From: an uncultured Gammaproteobacteria bacterium
GTDB lineage: Bacteria > Pseudomonadota > Gammaproteobacteria > UBA9214
Direction of reading: 5' to 3'
NCBI GenBank assembly: GCA_963773065.1
Contig: CAVYZN010000022.1
Location: forward strand, 13,113 to 77,112
DNA length: 64,000 bases
Each line of letters starts with the position of its first letter. Positions within the stretch are counted from its first letter, which is position 1. Position numbers and translations under genes: made by a program. The notes beneath the pieces are model-generated. The model saw only the letters and a program-made list of their open reading frames with translations, made no database searches and was not told the DNA's origin. This document shows, piece after piece, positions 24,691 to 37,215 of this stretch.

Positions 24691-26211
24691 ATGGAAATAC
24701 CCTACGGGCACACCGAGAAAATCACAATAAATCAACACGCAAAGCCGGCGCTCACGACTCAGGTGGATGCCCATCGTGCGGCGCTGCTGATACTGCCGGA
24801 AACCGCGGGCGCCCCCGCGTGGAAACACCTGCCCTACGCCGGCGTACTCAAGCCGCGCTTCCAGCGGCTGAAACACCGGGACAGGCACGCCTCCCGGCTG
24901 GATACCGACCTGCCCAACGGCAACGCCACCCACGTCATCCTGCAGACACTGGACCCGCAGTGCAGCACGTTCGAGTTGCTGACCATCGCGCGCACCCTGG
25001 CCGCGAAGCTGCGTGAACAGGACCCGGCTTCGGTGCTGCTGCAATTCGCCGGTTTCAAGAAGCCGCAGGCCAGACGGCTGACCGAGGCGCTCACGGCGGC
25101 ATTGCTGGCAGCCGCGTGTCCGATGCCGAGCTACAAATCGGATGCCGAAAAACCGGCCGCCCTGAAGCGCATCGAGATCTACGGTTTGGAGGAAACGGTC
25201 AACCTCGCCCAGGTCCGGGCCGAGATCACCGGCAACCATCTGACGCGCTGGCTCTCGATCCTGCCATCCAATGAACTGACACCCGGCGTGTACCGTAACT
25301 TCATCGCCTCTCTGGCCAGGAAGGAAGGCTGGCAAATGACCTTCCTCAACCACAAGGCGCTGGCACGCAAACAGGCCGGGGCCTTTCTCGCGGTCGCGCA
25401 GGCGAGCCCGGTCCTGGATGCCGGCATCGTCCACCTGCGTTACCGGCCGCGGGCACACGCGGGAAAACCGCGCCTCGCCCTGGTCGGCAAGGGCATCTGC
25501 TTCGATACCGGCGGGGTGAACGTCAAGCCGGCGAAGTACATGAACGGCATGCACGAAGACATGCAGGGCAGCGCCGTGGCGCTCGGCACGCTGCTGGCGC
25601 TCTCCCGGCTCGGCTTCGGCTACCCGGTGGACTGCTGGCTGGCGCTGGCGCAGAACCACATCGGCAGCAGGGCCTACAAACCCAACGACGTCGTGACCGC
25701 CTGCAACGGAACCAGCATCGAGGTCATCCACACGGATGCCGAGGGGCGCATGGTGCTGGCGGACACCCTGGCGCTCGCCAGCAGGGAAAAACCGCACGTG
25801 ATGATTGATTACGCCACGCTCACCGGGGCGTGCATCCATGCGCTCTCCTCGCGCTACAGCGGCGTGTTCAGCAACCGCGACGCGTTGCGCGAGCCGCTGA
25901 CCGCGGCCGGGCGCGACAGCGGGGAGCGCGTCTGGCCGTTCCCGCTCGACAAGGATTTCGACGAGTCGCTCAAGTCGACCATCGCCGATATCAAACAGTG
26001 CACGCTGGAGGGCGAGGCCGACCACATCCTGGCCGCGCGGTTTCTCAACCGCTTCGTCGCCGACGGCATCACCTGGATCCACGTCGATCTGGCCGCCAGC
26101 AGCCACAAGGGGGGACTGGGACACATCCCCACGGACACCACCGGCTTCGGCGTGCGCCTCACCCTGAACCTGCTGCTGCAGCAAGGGATGCTGGAGACCA
26201 CGTGGAGCTGA
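24691..26211 (+). CDS. M17 leucyl aminopeptidase family protein
   Basis: [37 protein letters not shown]. Confidence 0.9.
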   Translation: MEIPYGHTEKITINQHAKPALTTQVDAHRAALLILPETAGAPAWKHLPYAGVLKPRFQRLKHRDRHASRLDTDLPNGNATHVILQTLDPQCSTFELLTIARTLAAKLREQDPASVLLQFAGFKKPQARRLTEALTAALLAAACPMPSYKSDAEKPAALKRIEIYGLEETVNLAQVRAEITGNHLTRWLSILPSNELTPGVYRNFIASLARKEGWQMTFLNHKALARKQAGAFLAVAQASPVLDAGIVHLRYRPRAHAGKPRLALVGKGICFDTGGVNVKPAKYMNGMHEDMQGSAVALGTLLALSRLGFGYPVDCWLALAQNHIGSRAYKPNDVVTACNGTSIEVIHTDAEGRMVLADTLALASREKPHVMIDYATLTGACIHALSSRYSGVFSNRDALREPLTAAGRDSGERVWPFPLDKDFDESLKSTIADIKQCTLEGEADHILAARFLNRFVADGITWIHVDLAASSHKGGLGHIPTDTTGFGVRLTLNLLLQQGMLETTWS

Positions 26212-27234
26212 CCCTCACCCGCCCCGACGACTGGCACCTGCACCTGCGCGACGGCGCCGCCCTCGCCTCGGTGCTCCCCCACACGGCGCGGCGCTTCGGG
26301 CGCGCCATCGTCATGCCCAACCTGAAGCCGCCGGTCGTCACCACGGCACAGGCGCTCGCCTACCGCCGGCGCATCCTCGCCGCGCGGCCTGCGGGCAGCG
26401 ACTTCAGTCCCGCTCATGACCCTGTACCTGACGGACGACACCGCCGCGGAGGAAATCACCCGGGCAAGGCAGAGCGGCCATGTTCATGCCGTCAAGTTCT
26501 ATCCGGCCGGCGCGACCACGCACTCCGACGCCGGCGTCACCGACATCGCCCGGACTTACGCCGCGCTCGCGGCCATGGAGGAATGCGGCCTGCCGCTGCT
26601 GGTGCATGCCGAGGTGACGGACCCCGCCGTCGATGTCTTCGACCGCGAGGCGGTATTCATCGAGCGTTTCCTGCAACCGCTCTGCGCGCGCTTCCCGGCG
26701 CTCAAACTGGTGCTGGAGCACGTCACCACGCGCGAGGGCATCGAGTTCGTCAGGTCGTCCGCCGACACGGTGGCCGCGACCATCACCGCGCATCACCTGC
26801 TGCTGAATCGAAACGCCATGTTCGCCGGCGGCATCCGCCCGCACGCCTATTGCCTGCCGGTGCTCAAGCGGGAGACGCACCGCGTTGCCTTGATCGAAGC
26901 CGCCACCGGCGGCAACCGGAAGTTCTTTCTCGGCACGGACAGCGCGCCGCATGCCCGGGAACACAAGGAAACCGCCTGCGGCTGCGCCGGCATCTACACG
27001 GCCCATGCCGCGCTGGAACTCTATGCTCAGGTCTTCGAGGAGGCGCAGGCGCTCGACCGGCTGGAAGGATTCGCCGGCCGCTTTGGCGCGGATTTTTACG
27101 GCCTGCCGTACAACACGGCAACCGTCACCCTGGAGCGGGTTGACTGGCGGGTTCCGGATCGTTACCCGCTGGGCGAATCCAGCCTGATCCCCCTCTTCGC
27201 CGGCGAGACGCTGCCTTGGCGGATCAGGGACTAG
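26202..27234 (+). CDS. pyrC: Dihydroorotase (frameshift near 26410)
   Basis: [48 protein letters not shown]. Confidence 0.94.
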
Positions 27235-27474
27235 CCGAAGGCCGCCGCGACATGACGTTGACTTCGGCGTCCACATGCACGGTCCGGCCCAAGGTTATCG
27301 CCGGACACCGCTGGCCGCGGCGAGACGCCGAAAATCATTCGAGAATTTCATAGCGCGCCCCACTCAAATGTGCCCGATCGTGAAACTCGTCTCGGTGCGT
27401 GGGACAATTTTTCCGCCGATGCCGCGTCACGCCATATCATGGCGTGCTCGCGGACATCGATTTACCTGCTCCAG

Positions 27475-28142
27475 TTAGCGGACCACAGCGACAGTCGTTA
27501 CCCTTCGTGTAGCCTGGAACCACTCTGCGCCTGGTAATGGGTTGGAGGAGTCGCTGGTCACGATGTTGAGGTGGGTGGCAATGTCGATGCCCTTATTAAC
27601 CGCGATCCCGCCGTTATTCCGGCACGTATTGCTCGCTTGTGGCGCTGTCGGCTCCATGGTGAATGAAGCAGAAGGTGTCCACCGCCGTGAGTTGCAGCAA
27701 AAACCCGGTTCTTACTATCACCGGGCGCCGGATCGCCGTCCAGCCAGTGGAAGTGGGCATAGGCCCCGGGCTCGGGGATGTCCTGGCGGTTTACCAGAAA
27801 CACAGGATGGTCGGGCTCCACGTGGTACAGGAAGCGTCGCCGTGCGGCGTTTGCCGTCCAATGTCCAACCGAGCAGTGCAGGGATTGGCATTGCAATCCA
27901 GGTGTGTCGCCACGCGATAGCCATCCTTGGTGACCACCCCGGTGAAGCTGATATAGAAATACCCGAACAGATCGCCGCCTTGTATACGCCGGGTCTGCTG
28001 GTGGGTATCGATTTCATTGCCGAACAGAAAACTGTAAGGCGCTGGCATGATTGTTCCACGGATAGAGATCGGTCGCGGTAGCGGAACCGGCCCCCAGCAA
28101 AGACATAACCAACGTTGTCAATAACGCGAATAGCTTTTTCAT
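27475..28142 (-). CDS. Secreted hypothetical protein, multiply frameshifted
   Basis: ATG at 28142 with RBS and signal peptide MKKLFALLTTLVMSLLGAG; fragments FLFGNEIDTHQQT, IPEPGAYAHFHW, GIDIATHLNIV in successive frames. Confidence 0.55.
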
Positions 28143-28443
28143 GAACTTCCTCCTATCGCCTACTGCTGAAATAAAACAAGGGGTGACTATTCACCACAGA
28201 GATCACCGACACGAAGGGTTAGCATGTCAAAGCGCAAAACGCTTTATGCCATCCTTCAATTACCCGGGTCCAGGCTCACGAGACCCCTCGACTGCATATC
28301 CAAGCACCCGTTTTGAAAGTGCGTCAGATTGCATCTTTGTTTTCTTCGTGGTGAATAACTACAGCTTAGGAAACACAACCACCTATTTCCAGAGAATCCA
28401 GCCGATAAGTTTTATTCAGCGATCCTCACAGCCGGCTCAATAA

Positions 28444-29334
28444 TCAACGGCCGTGAGTGTATAACCGCGCCGTCACGAGGAGCCTGAGCAAGCCCTGCCC
28501 ACCCGGCAGGTGCAGAGCGCCGACGGCGACGAACGCCCCGCCCTGCTTCAGATAGGGTTCCAGGCGCTCGGCCATGCGCTTGTTGCGATCCACGATCAGG
28601 CGGCGCTGGAAATCCCTGGCCAGGCGCCGGTCGCCCGTTGCCATCGCGGCCTCGTTGATCGCCATCAACGCCGCGAGGTCTTGCCGTTTATAGGCCGCGA
28701 GCAACTCGGCATACATGGCATCGATCTTGGCAAACTGTTCGACGGCATCCCTGAGGAGCGCCACCTGGTCATCGAGCGGCAACCCCTCGAACACCTCCAG
28801 TTGCTCGGCGATCGTCTCCAGCCCATGGAGTTGCTTGCCCTCCTGCTGCGCCCGCTGGAACAACACCATGTCCAGCACGACGCCGGTCTCGGGCACCGGC
28901 ATGGACAGCGCGGTCGCCGCCGCCCAGGGCTTCATGCGTTCCGCCACCGCTTCGGGAATACCGCGTGACTGCAGGGCGGCGACCGTCTGCTCGAACAGGG
29001 GTTTGCCGACGATCTCCGACAATAGCCGGCCGTCCATCATCAGCATGGCGGCACTGCCGGCGGCCATGGCGTCGGTATCCAGCATGACTTCGAGTATCAC
29101 CCGCCGGGAGCCGTTGAAGGCGCTCTCCACGGCCGGCGCCAAGGCCATGACCCCGGTATCCTCGGAGTGTATGGTGCCAAACAGATAACTGGGCGCGGAG
29201 CCCGGCCGGCTGATTTTCCACAACAGGCCGTGCGCGGGACCCTCCGCGACGGCGACGGCCACCTGGCAGAACAGCACACTCAGGCAAACGACGTACAGCC
29301 GGAGAAGGTGATTTATGCCCTGTGTCCTTAGCAT
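28444..29334 (-). CDS. TraB/GumN (TIKI-like) family protein
   Basis: LLWKI...[33 protein letters not shown]. Confidence 0.88.
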   Translation of the reverse strand: MLRTQGINHLLRLYVVCLSVLFCQVAVAVAEGPAHGLLWKISRPGSAPSYLFGTIHSEDTGVMALAPAVESAFNGSRRVILEVMLDTDAMAAGSAAMLMMDGRLLSEIVGKPLFEQTVAALQSRGIPEAVAERMKPWAAATALSMPVPETGVVLDMVLFQRAQQEGKQLHGLETIAEQLEVFEGLPLDDQVALLRDAVEQFAKIDAMYAELLAAYKRQDLAALMAINEAAMATGDRRLARDFQRRLIVDRNKRMAERLEPYLKQGGAFVAVGALHLPGGQGLLRLLVTARLYTHGR

Positions 29335-29477
29335 GCAACCTCCGCTATCCGAATCGACAACAACCAGCGCCTTGCGGCGTGTTTCACAACACCGTCAGAT
29401 CGGTGCGCTCCCGCTCCCGTCAGACACACCCTGCCGCCGCCATCGCAAAACCGCGGGTGTTTGGGTATGCTTCGACC

Positions 29478-30128
29478 ATGACCGATTCTGACCAGAAACC
29501 ACCCATCGCACAACGTTTTCGTGGTTTTCTCCCCGTCGTCGTCGACGTCGAAACCGGCGGTTTCAACGCCAAGCGCGACGCCCTGCTGGAAATCGCGGCG
29601 GTGACACTGGACATGGACGAGCAGGGCTACCTGTCGCGCCGGGAAACCTTCTCCTGCCACGTCGAACCGTTTCCCGGCGCCAACCTGGACGAGGAATCAC
29701 TGCGCTTTACCGGCATCGATCCCTATCACCCGTTCCGCATGGCGAAGCCCGAATATGAGGCGCTCGAGAGCATCTTCAAACCCGTGCGCCGGGCCATCAA
29801 GGACGGCGGCTGCAAACGCGCCATCCTGGTCGGCCATAATTCCTTCTTCGACCTGTCTTTTCTGAACGCGGCCGTGCAGCGCACCGGCATCAAGCGTAAC
29901 CCGTTTCATCCGTTCAGCACCTTCGATACCGTCAGCCTGGCCGGACTGGCCTATGGACAGACGGTGCTGGCGCGCGCGGTGCAGGCGGCGGGATTCGAAT
30001 GGAACAGTGAAAAAGCCCATTCCGCCGTCTACGACACCGAGCGGACCGCCGATCTGTTCTGCGCCATTTTCAACCGCTGGAACCAGTACAGCGGGGAGAA
30101 GGTTGCGCTGCAGTCACAGGCCATTTAA
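29478..30128 (+). CDS. rnt: Ribonuclease T
   Basis: [42 protein letters not shown]. Confidence 0.95.
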   Translation: MTDSDQKPPIAQRFRGFLPVVVDVETGGFNAKRDALLEIAAVTLDMDEQGYLSRRETFSCHVEPFPGANLDEESLRFTGIDPYHPFRMAKPEYEALESIFKPVRRAIKDGGCKRAILVGHNSFFDLSFLNAAVQRTGIKRNPFHPFSTFDTVSLAGLAYGQTVLARAVQAAGFEWNSEKAHSAVYDTERTADLFCAIFNRWNQYSGEKVALQSQAI

Positions 30129-30144
30129 CCCGGAGCGACAAACC

Positions 30145-30699
30145 ATGGCAGATACACCCGACCTGAAAGAACAGATCCTGCAGTCCCACGCGGGGCTCAT
30201 ACATCGTGTCGTCATGCACTGCAACAACCCCGGCTCGATACCGGACCTGGAGCAGGTGCTGCGGCAGGCGCAGGAGAATGACTGGACCCAACTGGTCGCC
30301 GCGATCCGCGACGTCGTGGCGGGCAAGCGGGAGGCATCCATCCTGTTGGGGCTGGACGATGAAGACCGGGTGATCGTCGAGGCCATCCTGCGCGGCCTGC
30401 AGGACCCCGGCACGCTGCCCGACCTGGAGGCCGATTTTGACTCCGACATGGCGGCCCCCGGCATCGCCAGCCTGATCCACGCCTCGCGCCGGGGCAATAC
30501 GCACGCCCTGCAACTGGTCGCCAACATGGCCAAGCAAATGCTGGCGGCGGGCGGCGATATGGGCATCCTGGCAGGGCGCATCCGGCCGCTGGTCGAAGGC
30601 GAACGCGATGCGGACAAACTCGGCGAGAACATGTCCGGCAAGGGTCAGGCCCTGATGGTGAAAATCCTGGAGGAACTGCTGAAGCTCGAGGCGAACTGA
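30145..30699 (+). CDS. Conserved hypothetical helical protein
   Basis: Clean ORF with typical codon usage right after rnt; internal twofold similarity around I..GER/G.R. Confidence 0.7.
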   Translation: MADTPDLKEQILQSHAGLIHRVVMHCNNPGSIPDLEQVLRQAQENDWTQLVAAIRDVVAGKREASILLGLDDEDRVIVEAILRGLQDPGTLPDLEADFDSDMAAPGIASLIHASRRGNTHALQLVANMAKQMLAAGGDMGILAGRIRPLVEGERDADKLGENMSGKGQALMVKILEELLKLEAN

Positions 30700-30806
30700 G
30701 CGCCGCTTATGCAATTTTGGCTACAGGTGATGCTACCGCGACCCGGTGATCAATACAGGTCAGGCCGGAATAGCACTTACATAAAGCGAGAGTCCGAATT
30801 TTTCGC

Positions 30807-30884
30807 ATTCCCGCGGAAGCGGGAATCCACTAAGGTTCATGAATTTCTGGATTCCGGCTCTGCGCTGCGCTGCCGGAATGACGA
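30807..30884. repeat. REP-like palindrome
   Basis: attcccgcggaagcgggaatcca ... tggattccggc...gccggaatgac; same style as 2083-2220. Confidence 0.6.
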
Positions 30885-30920
30885 ATGGCCGGGAAATGGT
30901 TTAAGTAAGCGCCATTCGGA

Positions 30921-31247
30921 TCAGGCCGCGCCCTTCGCGACCGCTGCCTTCACCATTTTCTGCAGATCCCCCTTCTGGTACAGCTCGAGGGTAATATCGC
31001 AGCCGCCGATCAACTCGCCGTCGATGTAGATCTGCGGAAAGGTGGGCCAGTTCGCATAACGCGGCAGGTTCTCGAAGACCTCCGGGTCGGCCAGGACGTT
31101 CACGTGGGTAAACGCCTCGCCGCAGGCCATCAGGGCCTGCGCGGCGCGACTCGAGAAACCGCACTGGGGCATCTGCGGGGAGCCCTTCATAAAGATGACG
31201 ACAGGGTTTTCCTTCACCGCCTGGTCGATGCGTTCCATGATATCCAT
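30921..31247 (-). CDS. grxD: Monothiol glutaredoxin Grx4
   Basis: FMKGSPQMPQCGFS, WPTFPQIY, GGCDI. Confidence 0.95.
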   Translation of the reverse strand: MDIMERIDQAVKENPVVIFMKGSPQMPQCGFSSRAAQALMACGEAFTHVNVLADPEVFENLPRYANWPTFPQIYIDGELIGGCDITLELYQKGDLQKMVKAAVAKGAA

Positions 31248-31349
31248 CGTTGCATACCTCGATAATTGATAACCGATCCGGAAATCGTGACGTTCATGAC
31301 AACAGTCTACTGAGTGCCGGCGCGCAGAAAAAGACACTAATCAGATGGA

Positions 31350-31640
31350 TATCCCGGGAACTGCATGGCTGATCCCTCAAGGGGCAGGAGGGGCTAGGCG
31401 GGACCGTCGGCCGCAGGGACGATGCACATGGAAGTGCAAGTGTCGCGTGAGAGCACGACTGCACGGAGAAGGTGAGACCGGGAACCGGTCGAGAGGCTGG
31501 CCTGGGCCATGCAGGAGGTAGGGTACCAAACGTAGGCGCCTTAGGCGACGCAGGAGCAGTTACCGAGGATGCCCGGAGCGACTGCGGCCGGCGAGCCTCC
31601 AGGGAAGGATTTACGGCGTGTCCCGCCTGGCCACTCCTGC
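31350..31640. repeat. Composite MITE/REP-like element (family A, longest copy)
   Basis: Shares a 33-nt block with 340-372, and gcaggagcagttaccgag plus (reverse-complement) cgggacacgccgtaaatcc blocks with 51122-51205. Confidence 0.6.
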
Positions 31641-31657
31641 CCGTGGTCTGGGATGCC

Positions 31658-33437
31658 CTAAGAAGCATCCACGTTGCGCTGCAGCCAGAATTCCAGCAGC
31701 GCCAGGTGCCAGAGCTTGCTGCCGAGAATCGGCGTATGGTTCTGCTCCGGGTGTCGCAGCAGCCGCTCGACATAGCGGCGTTCGAACAGCCCGCGCTCGC
31801 GGCAGGCGGTGGAATCGAGCACACCGCGCACGAATTCCAGCACCTCGCCGCGAATGAATTTCAGCGCCGGCACCGGGAAATAGCCCTTGGGCCGGTCGAT
31901 GACGACGTCCGGGCAGCAGGCCGCGCGCGATCATCTTCAGCAGGTGCTTGCCGCCCGACTTGAGCTTGATGTCCGGGGGGATCTGGATGGCCAGCTCGAC
32001 CAGCTCGTGGTCGAGAAACGGCACCCGCGCCTCCAGCCCCCACGCCATGGTCATGTTATCCACCCGTTTGACCGGGTCATCGACGATCAGCGTGGTCACG
32101 TCAAAAGCCAGCACGCGGTTCAGAAAGCTGTCCATGCCCGCCGATCTCAGCCCCTCGGCAACCCGCGGCGAGGTATAGTCGGGCCCGTGATACGCGGCGG
32201 TGACGGTCTCGATCAGTTCATCGTGGCCGCGGTCGAAGTACAGCGGCCGGAAGCGTTCGATGTCGCTGCCGGCGGCCGCCTGCATCCGCGGATACCAGAA
32301 ATAGCCGCCGAACACCTCGTCGGCCCCCTGTCCGCTCTGTACCACCTTGACCTCCCGCGACACCCGCTCACCCAGCAGGTAGAACGCCACGGCGTCCTGG
32401 CCGACCATGGGCTCGGCCATGTTGTCCACGGCCTCCGGCAAGCGGGCGAGCACTTCCTCGTTGGGAATGGAAAACCGGCGATGCCGGGTGCCGTAGAGGT
32501 CGGCGACCAGATCCGAGAATTCGAATTCACTGCCCTTCTCGTGGGGATGGTCCTCGAAACCCACCGAGAAGGTGTACAGATCACCCCCGCCGGCTTCCGC
32601 CAGCAGGGCAACCAGCAGGCTGGAATCGAGCCCCCCGGAGAGCAGGATGCCGACCGGCACGTCGGCTATCGTCCGCCGCCGCTCCACGGCGCGCCGCAGC
32701 GCCGCGTGTACGGCATCCGCCCACTCCCATTCCGTCAGCGCGGGAACGCGCGCCGGCGCGGCCAGCCGCCAGTAACGCCGCAGTTGCCTGCGGCCATCGG
32801 GGCCGATGGTCAGGCTGTGCCCGGGCGCAAGCTTGCGCAGCCCGCGCAACAGGGTCCGCGGCGCCGGCACGACGGCATGCAGGGTCAGGTGGTGGTGCAG
32901 GGCCACCGGATCGATGGCGGTATCGACGCCGCCGGCGGCGAGCAGCGCCTGGCTGGTGGAGGCAAAGCGCAGGCGCCGGGACGTCAGGCTGTAATACAGC
33001 GGCTTGATGCCCATGCGGTCACGCGCCAGGAACAGGGTGCGCGCCTTCGTGTCCCAGATCGCGAACGCGAACATGCCATGCAGGTAACGGGGGCAGTCTA
33101 CGCCCCACTGGGCATAGGCCTTGAGGATGACCTCGCTGTCCCCGTCGGTAAAGAAGTGGTAGCCCCCGGCGATCAGCTCCCGCCGCAGTTCCGGGTAGTT
33201 GTAGATGGTGCCGTTGAAAACCAGGACCAGGCCGAGTTCCCGGTCGACCATCGGCTGATTGGAACGCGCCGAGAGATCGATGACCGCCAGCCGGCGGTGC
33301 CCCAGCGCAACCGGCGCATCGAGGTATTGCCCCGCCGCATCCGGCCCGCGCCGCGCGAGCCGGGCCATCATCTCCAGGATCGTCCGCTGATCCGGGGGAG
33401 TTTCATCGAAGCGCAGTTCGCCGCATATGCCACACAT
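31658..33437 (-). CDS. Asparagine synthetase-like glutamine amidotransferase (N-acetylglutaminylglutamine amidotransferase-like); frameshift near 31910
   Basis: MCGICGE Ntn Cys, RRGPD, LGHRRLAVIDL, LSGGLDSS, SGQGADEVFGGY, LEARVPFLD. Confidence 0.88.
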
Positions 33438-33481
33438 GTGTCCAGTCCCGTGGAGATGATTGACCGTTGGCGCAATCGCGA

Positions 33482-33829
33482 TCAGGGCACGACCGTCAGC
33501 CGGGACACCACCCGCCGCACGTGCGGCGTCGCGCGGGCCAGTTCAACGGCGCGCGCGGCGGCGGCCTGGCTCTTGACCGAACCCTGCAGGGTAACGACAC
33601 CCTGGTAGGTCGTCACCCGGATGGCCAGCGCATCGACCAGGTGATCGTTGACGTACTTCGAATTGATCGTCGCGGTAATCGCGGCGTCATGGGAGGTTTC
33701 CCCGGCGCCGGTCCGGGTCGCCGAGGTGTTGTGACCGCCCGCCGGCGCACCCCCGGCGATCAGGGCGGCGCAACCGGCGAGATGACAACCGAGCATGAGC
33801 AGTAGGATCCCCAGCGGCAGCGTTTTCAT
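33482..33829 (-). CDS. BON-domain lipoprotein
   Basis: Lipobox LAGC; DAAITATI...GVVTLQGSV...V BON motif. Confidence 0.85.
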   Translation of the reverse strand: MKTLPLGILLLMLGCHLAGCAALIAGGAPAGGHNTSATRTGAGETSHDAAITATINSKYVNDHLVDALAIRVTTYQGVVTLQGSVKSQAAAARAVELARATPHVRRVVSRLTVVP

Positions 33830-33929
33830 GCGTCCTTCCCGTCTCCCGTTGCTTCCGTCATCGCGACCCAAAGGCGCGCCGGACACTGTAACGCAGCCGC
33901 CCCTCGCTGGATATCGCATTCGTCGGGTA

Positions 33930-34106
33930 CCTCGGGATATGCGCCGCCGGCGCACAGAGCCTGCCATGCGGATCGAATACGGCGCAGGAGAAGTCCAACC
34001 GGTTCTTGATGGTGGTCGAGAACGCGGCATGCCGCAGCACCGCCCCCATCTCCTCGCAGGCGGCGTCGATGCGGCTGGAAAACACACTGAGGCCGATGGC
34101 GTCCAC
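33930..34106 (-). pseudogene. 5' fragment of a hydantoinase B/oxoprolinase gene
   Basis: MDAIGLSVFSSRIDAACEEMGAVLRHAAFSTTIKNRLDFSCAVFD...AAHIP, then similarity ends. Confidence 0.75.
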
Positions 34107-34328
34107 GCAATTCACTTTCTCACGATTCAACCTTTCCGAGGGTGATTTTCCCACGCCCTGCCGGCCGGCGTAAGACTATGCTTTGACTGGGAGATTTCCC
34201 GCCGGGCGCGTATTGCATTATGCCCGGTCCTGCCTTATGCTCCCTTGCCCGAGCGATTTAGTCATCTTTTCATCAGCCGTTCCGAAGCAACCAAACCAGC
34301 GGATTTTTCCAAAAGGAGTTTGCAGAAC

Positions 34329-34925
34329 ATGAATCCCCTAACTTCCATACCGGGTACCATTATCTCCGGATTCGTACTCGCCATCGTCATTGTATTCGCC
34401 CTTGGGCCGACGGGTGTCAACGCGCTTGAAATCGCCGTCTGGGCCCATGTCCTCGTCGGCATCACCTGGATCGGCCTGCTGTACTACTTCAACTTCGTGC
34501 AGGTTCCGGCGGTGGGCGCCGCGCTCAAGGACCAGGGCGGCCCCGGGCCGGCCGGCATCAACAAGTACGTCGCGCCGCGCGCCCTGCTCTGGTTCCGCTG
34601 GGCCGCCGTGGCCACCTGGCTCACCGGCGCCGCCGCCCTCGCCCACCTGCACATACTGCAACCCGCCTTCACCTTCGAGGGCTTCAGCTTTGCCACCAGC
34701 ATATCGGTGATCGGCATCGGCGCCTGGCTGGGCACCATCATGCTGTTCAACGTCTGGGTGCTGATCTGGCCGAACCAGAAAAAGATCCTGGGCATGAAGC
34801 AGGCCAGCCCCGAGGAGATCGCCGCGGCGAAAAAGGTCGCCCTGATGGCTTCGCGCACCAACGCACTGCTGTCCATCCCCATGCTGATGTGCATGACCGC
34901 CTACGCGCACAACCTGCCGTTCTAG
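34329..34925 (+). CDS. Membrane protein of the urate-oxidase-N (PuuD-like) family
   Basis: WAHVLVGITWIGLLYYFNFVQ, ALLWFRW, MLFNVWVLIWPNQKK, SRTNALLSIPML. Confidence 0.78.
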   Translation: MNPLTSIPGTIISGFVLAIVIVFALGPTGVNALEIAVWAHVLVGITWIGLLYYFNFVQVPAVGAALKDQGGPGPAGINKYVAPRALLWFRWAAVATWLTGAAALAHLHILQPAFTFEGFSFATSISVIGIGAWLGTIMLFNVWVLIWPNQKKILGMKQASPEEIAAAKKVALMASRTNALLSIPMLMCMTAYAHNLPF

Positions 34926-35123
34926 CCCGCAACCCGACCGCGCGGAGGCTGACCCGGCGCGGTCCTATGCGCCATCAGCCGCCGCGGAACCAGAGAACCC
35001 GGCCACCGGCCGGGTTCGCGTTTTTCGGGATGTTTGCCTGCGGATTTTTCCGGTTATAGAATCGGCGCTATCGAGAGGCAGTCTTGGACGGGCTGCCTTT
35101 TCTTTTTCAGGATTTGGAAAAAT

Positions 35124-36299
35124 ATGGCGGACCATCTTATGTCGACCTATGCCCGGCTCCCGGTCCGGTTTGAACGGGGTGAGGGCGTATGGTTGTGGGA
35201 CACGGAAGGCAGGCAGTACCTGGACGCGCTCGGCGGCATTGCGGTATGCGTCCTGGGCCACGCCCACCCCGCCGTCGCGCAGGCCATCGCGGACCAGGCC
35301 AGGCGGCTGGTGCATACCTCCAACCTCTATGGCATCACCCTGCAGGAACAACTGGCGGATCGTCTGTGCGGGCTCTCCGGCATGGAGCGCGCGTTCTTCT
35401 GCAACTCGGGCGCCGAGGCCAATGAAGCGGCCATCAAGATCGCCCGCCTGTTCGGCCATGGCAGGCACATCGGCACACCGGCCATCATCGTCATGGAGAA
35501 CAGCTTCCATGGCCGCACCCTGGCGACGCTCACGGCGACCGGCAACCGCAAGGTCCAGGCGGGATTCGAGCCGCTCGTACAGGGTTTCATCCGGGTTCCC
35601 TACAACAACCTGCACGCCATCGAAACCGTCGCCGACAACAGCAGCGATGTCGTCGCCGTGCTGGTCGAACCGATCCAGGGTGAAGGCGGGATCAACATCC
35701 CGGATCCCGATTATCTGCTGGGCTTGCGCCGGATCTGCGATGACCAGGGCTGGCTGCTGATGCTGGATGAAATCCAGACCGGCATGGGGCGCACCGGAGA
35801 ATGGTTCGCCTACCAGCATGTCGGCATCCTTCCGGACGTCGTGACCGTGGCCAAGGCGCTCGGCAACGGCGTACCGATCGGCGCCTGCCTGGCGCGCGGA
35901 ACGGCGGCCGGGCTCATGCATCCCGGCAATCACGGCACCACCTTCGGCGGCAACCCGCTCTCGGCCCGCGCGGCCCTGACGGTGCTGCATACGCTCGAGC
36001 AGGGGCGGCTGCTTGCGCATGCCGGCGAACTCGGGCAGCGGTTGCTGGAGGGTTTCCGCGAGCGGCTCTCCGGGCTGCCCGGCGTGAAAGAGATACGCGG
36101 CCTCGGGCTGATGATCGGCATCGAGCTCGACCGGCCCTGCGCCGACCTGGTCTTGCGCGCCCTGGAGCGCGGCCTGCTGATCAACGTCACGGCCGAACGC
36201 GTGATCCGGCTGCTGCCTCCCCTGGTGACGACGGCGCACCAGGGCCAGATGATCGTCGATCGGGTCAGCGAGCTGGTGCGTGAATTTCTCGCGGAGTGA
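35124..36299 (+). CDS. argD: Acetylornithine aminotransferase
   Basis: FFCNSGAEANE, SFHGRT, EPIQGEGG, DEIQTGMGRTG, AKALGNG, HGTTFGGNP. Confidence 0.93.
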   Translation: MADHLMSTYARLPVRFERGEGVWLWDTEGRQYLDALGGIAVCVLGHAHPAVAQAIADQARRLVHTSNLYGITLQEQLADRLCGLSGMERAFFCNSGAEANEAAIKIARLFGHGRHIGTPAIIVMENSFHGRTLATLTATGNRKVQAGFEPLVQGFIRVPYNNLHAIETVADNSSDVVAVLVEPIQGEGGINIPDPDYLLGLRRICDDQGWLLMLDEIQTGMGRTGEWFAYQHVGILPDVVTVAKALGNGVPIGACLARGTAAGLMHPGNHGTTFGGNPLSARAALTVLHTLEQGRLLAHAGELGQRLLEGFRERLSGLPGVKEIRGLGLMIGIELDRPCADLVLRALERGLLINVTAERVIRLLPPLVTTAHQGQMIVDRVSELVREFLAE

Positions 36300-36302
36300 C
36301 CC

Positions 36303-37206
<904 letters not shown>

Positions 37207-37215
37207 GATCCGGCC

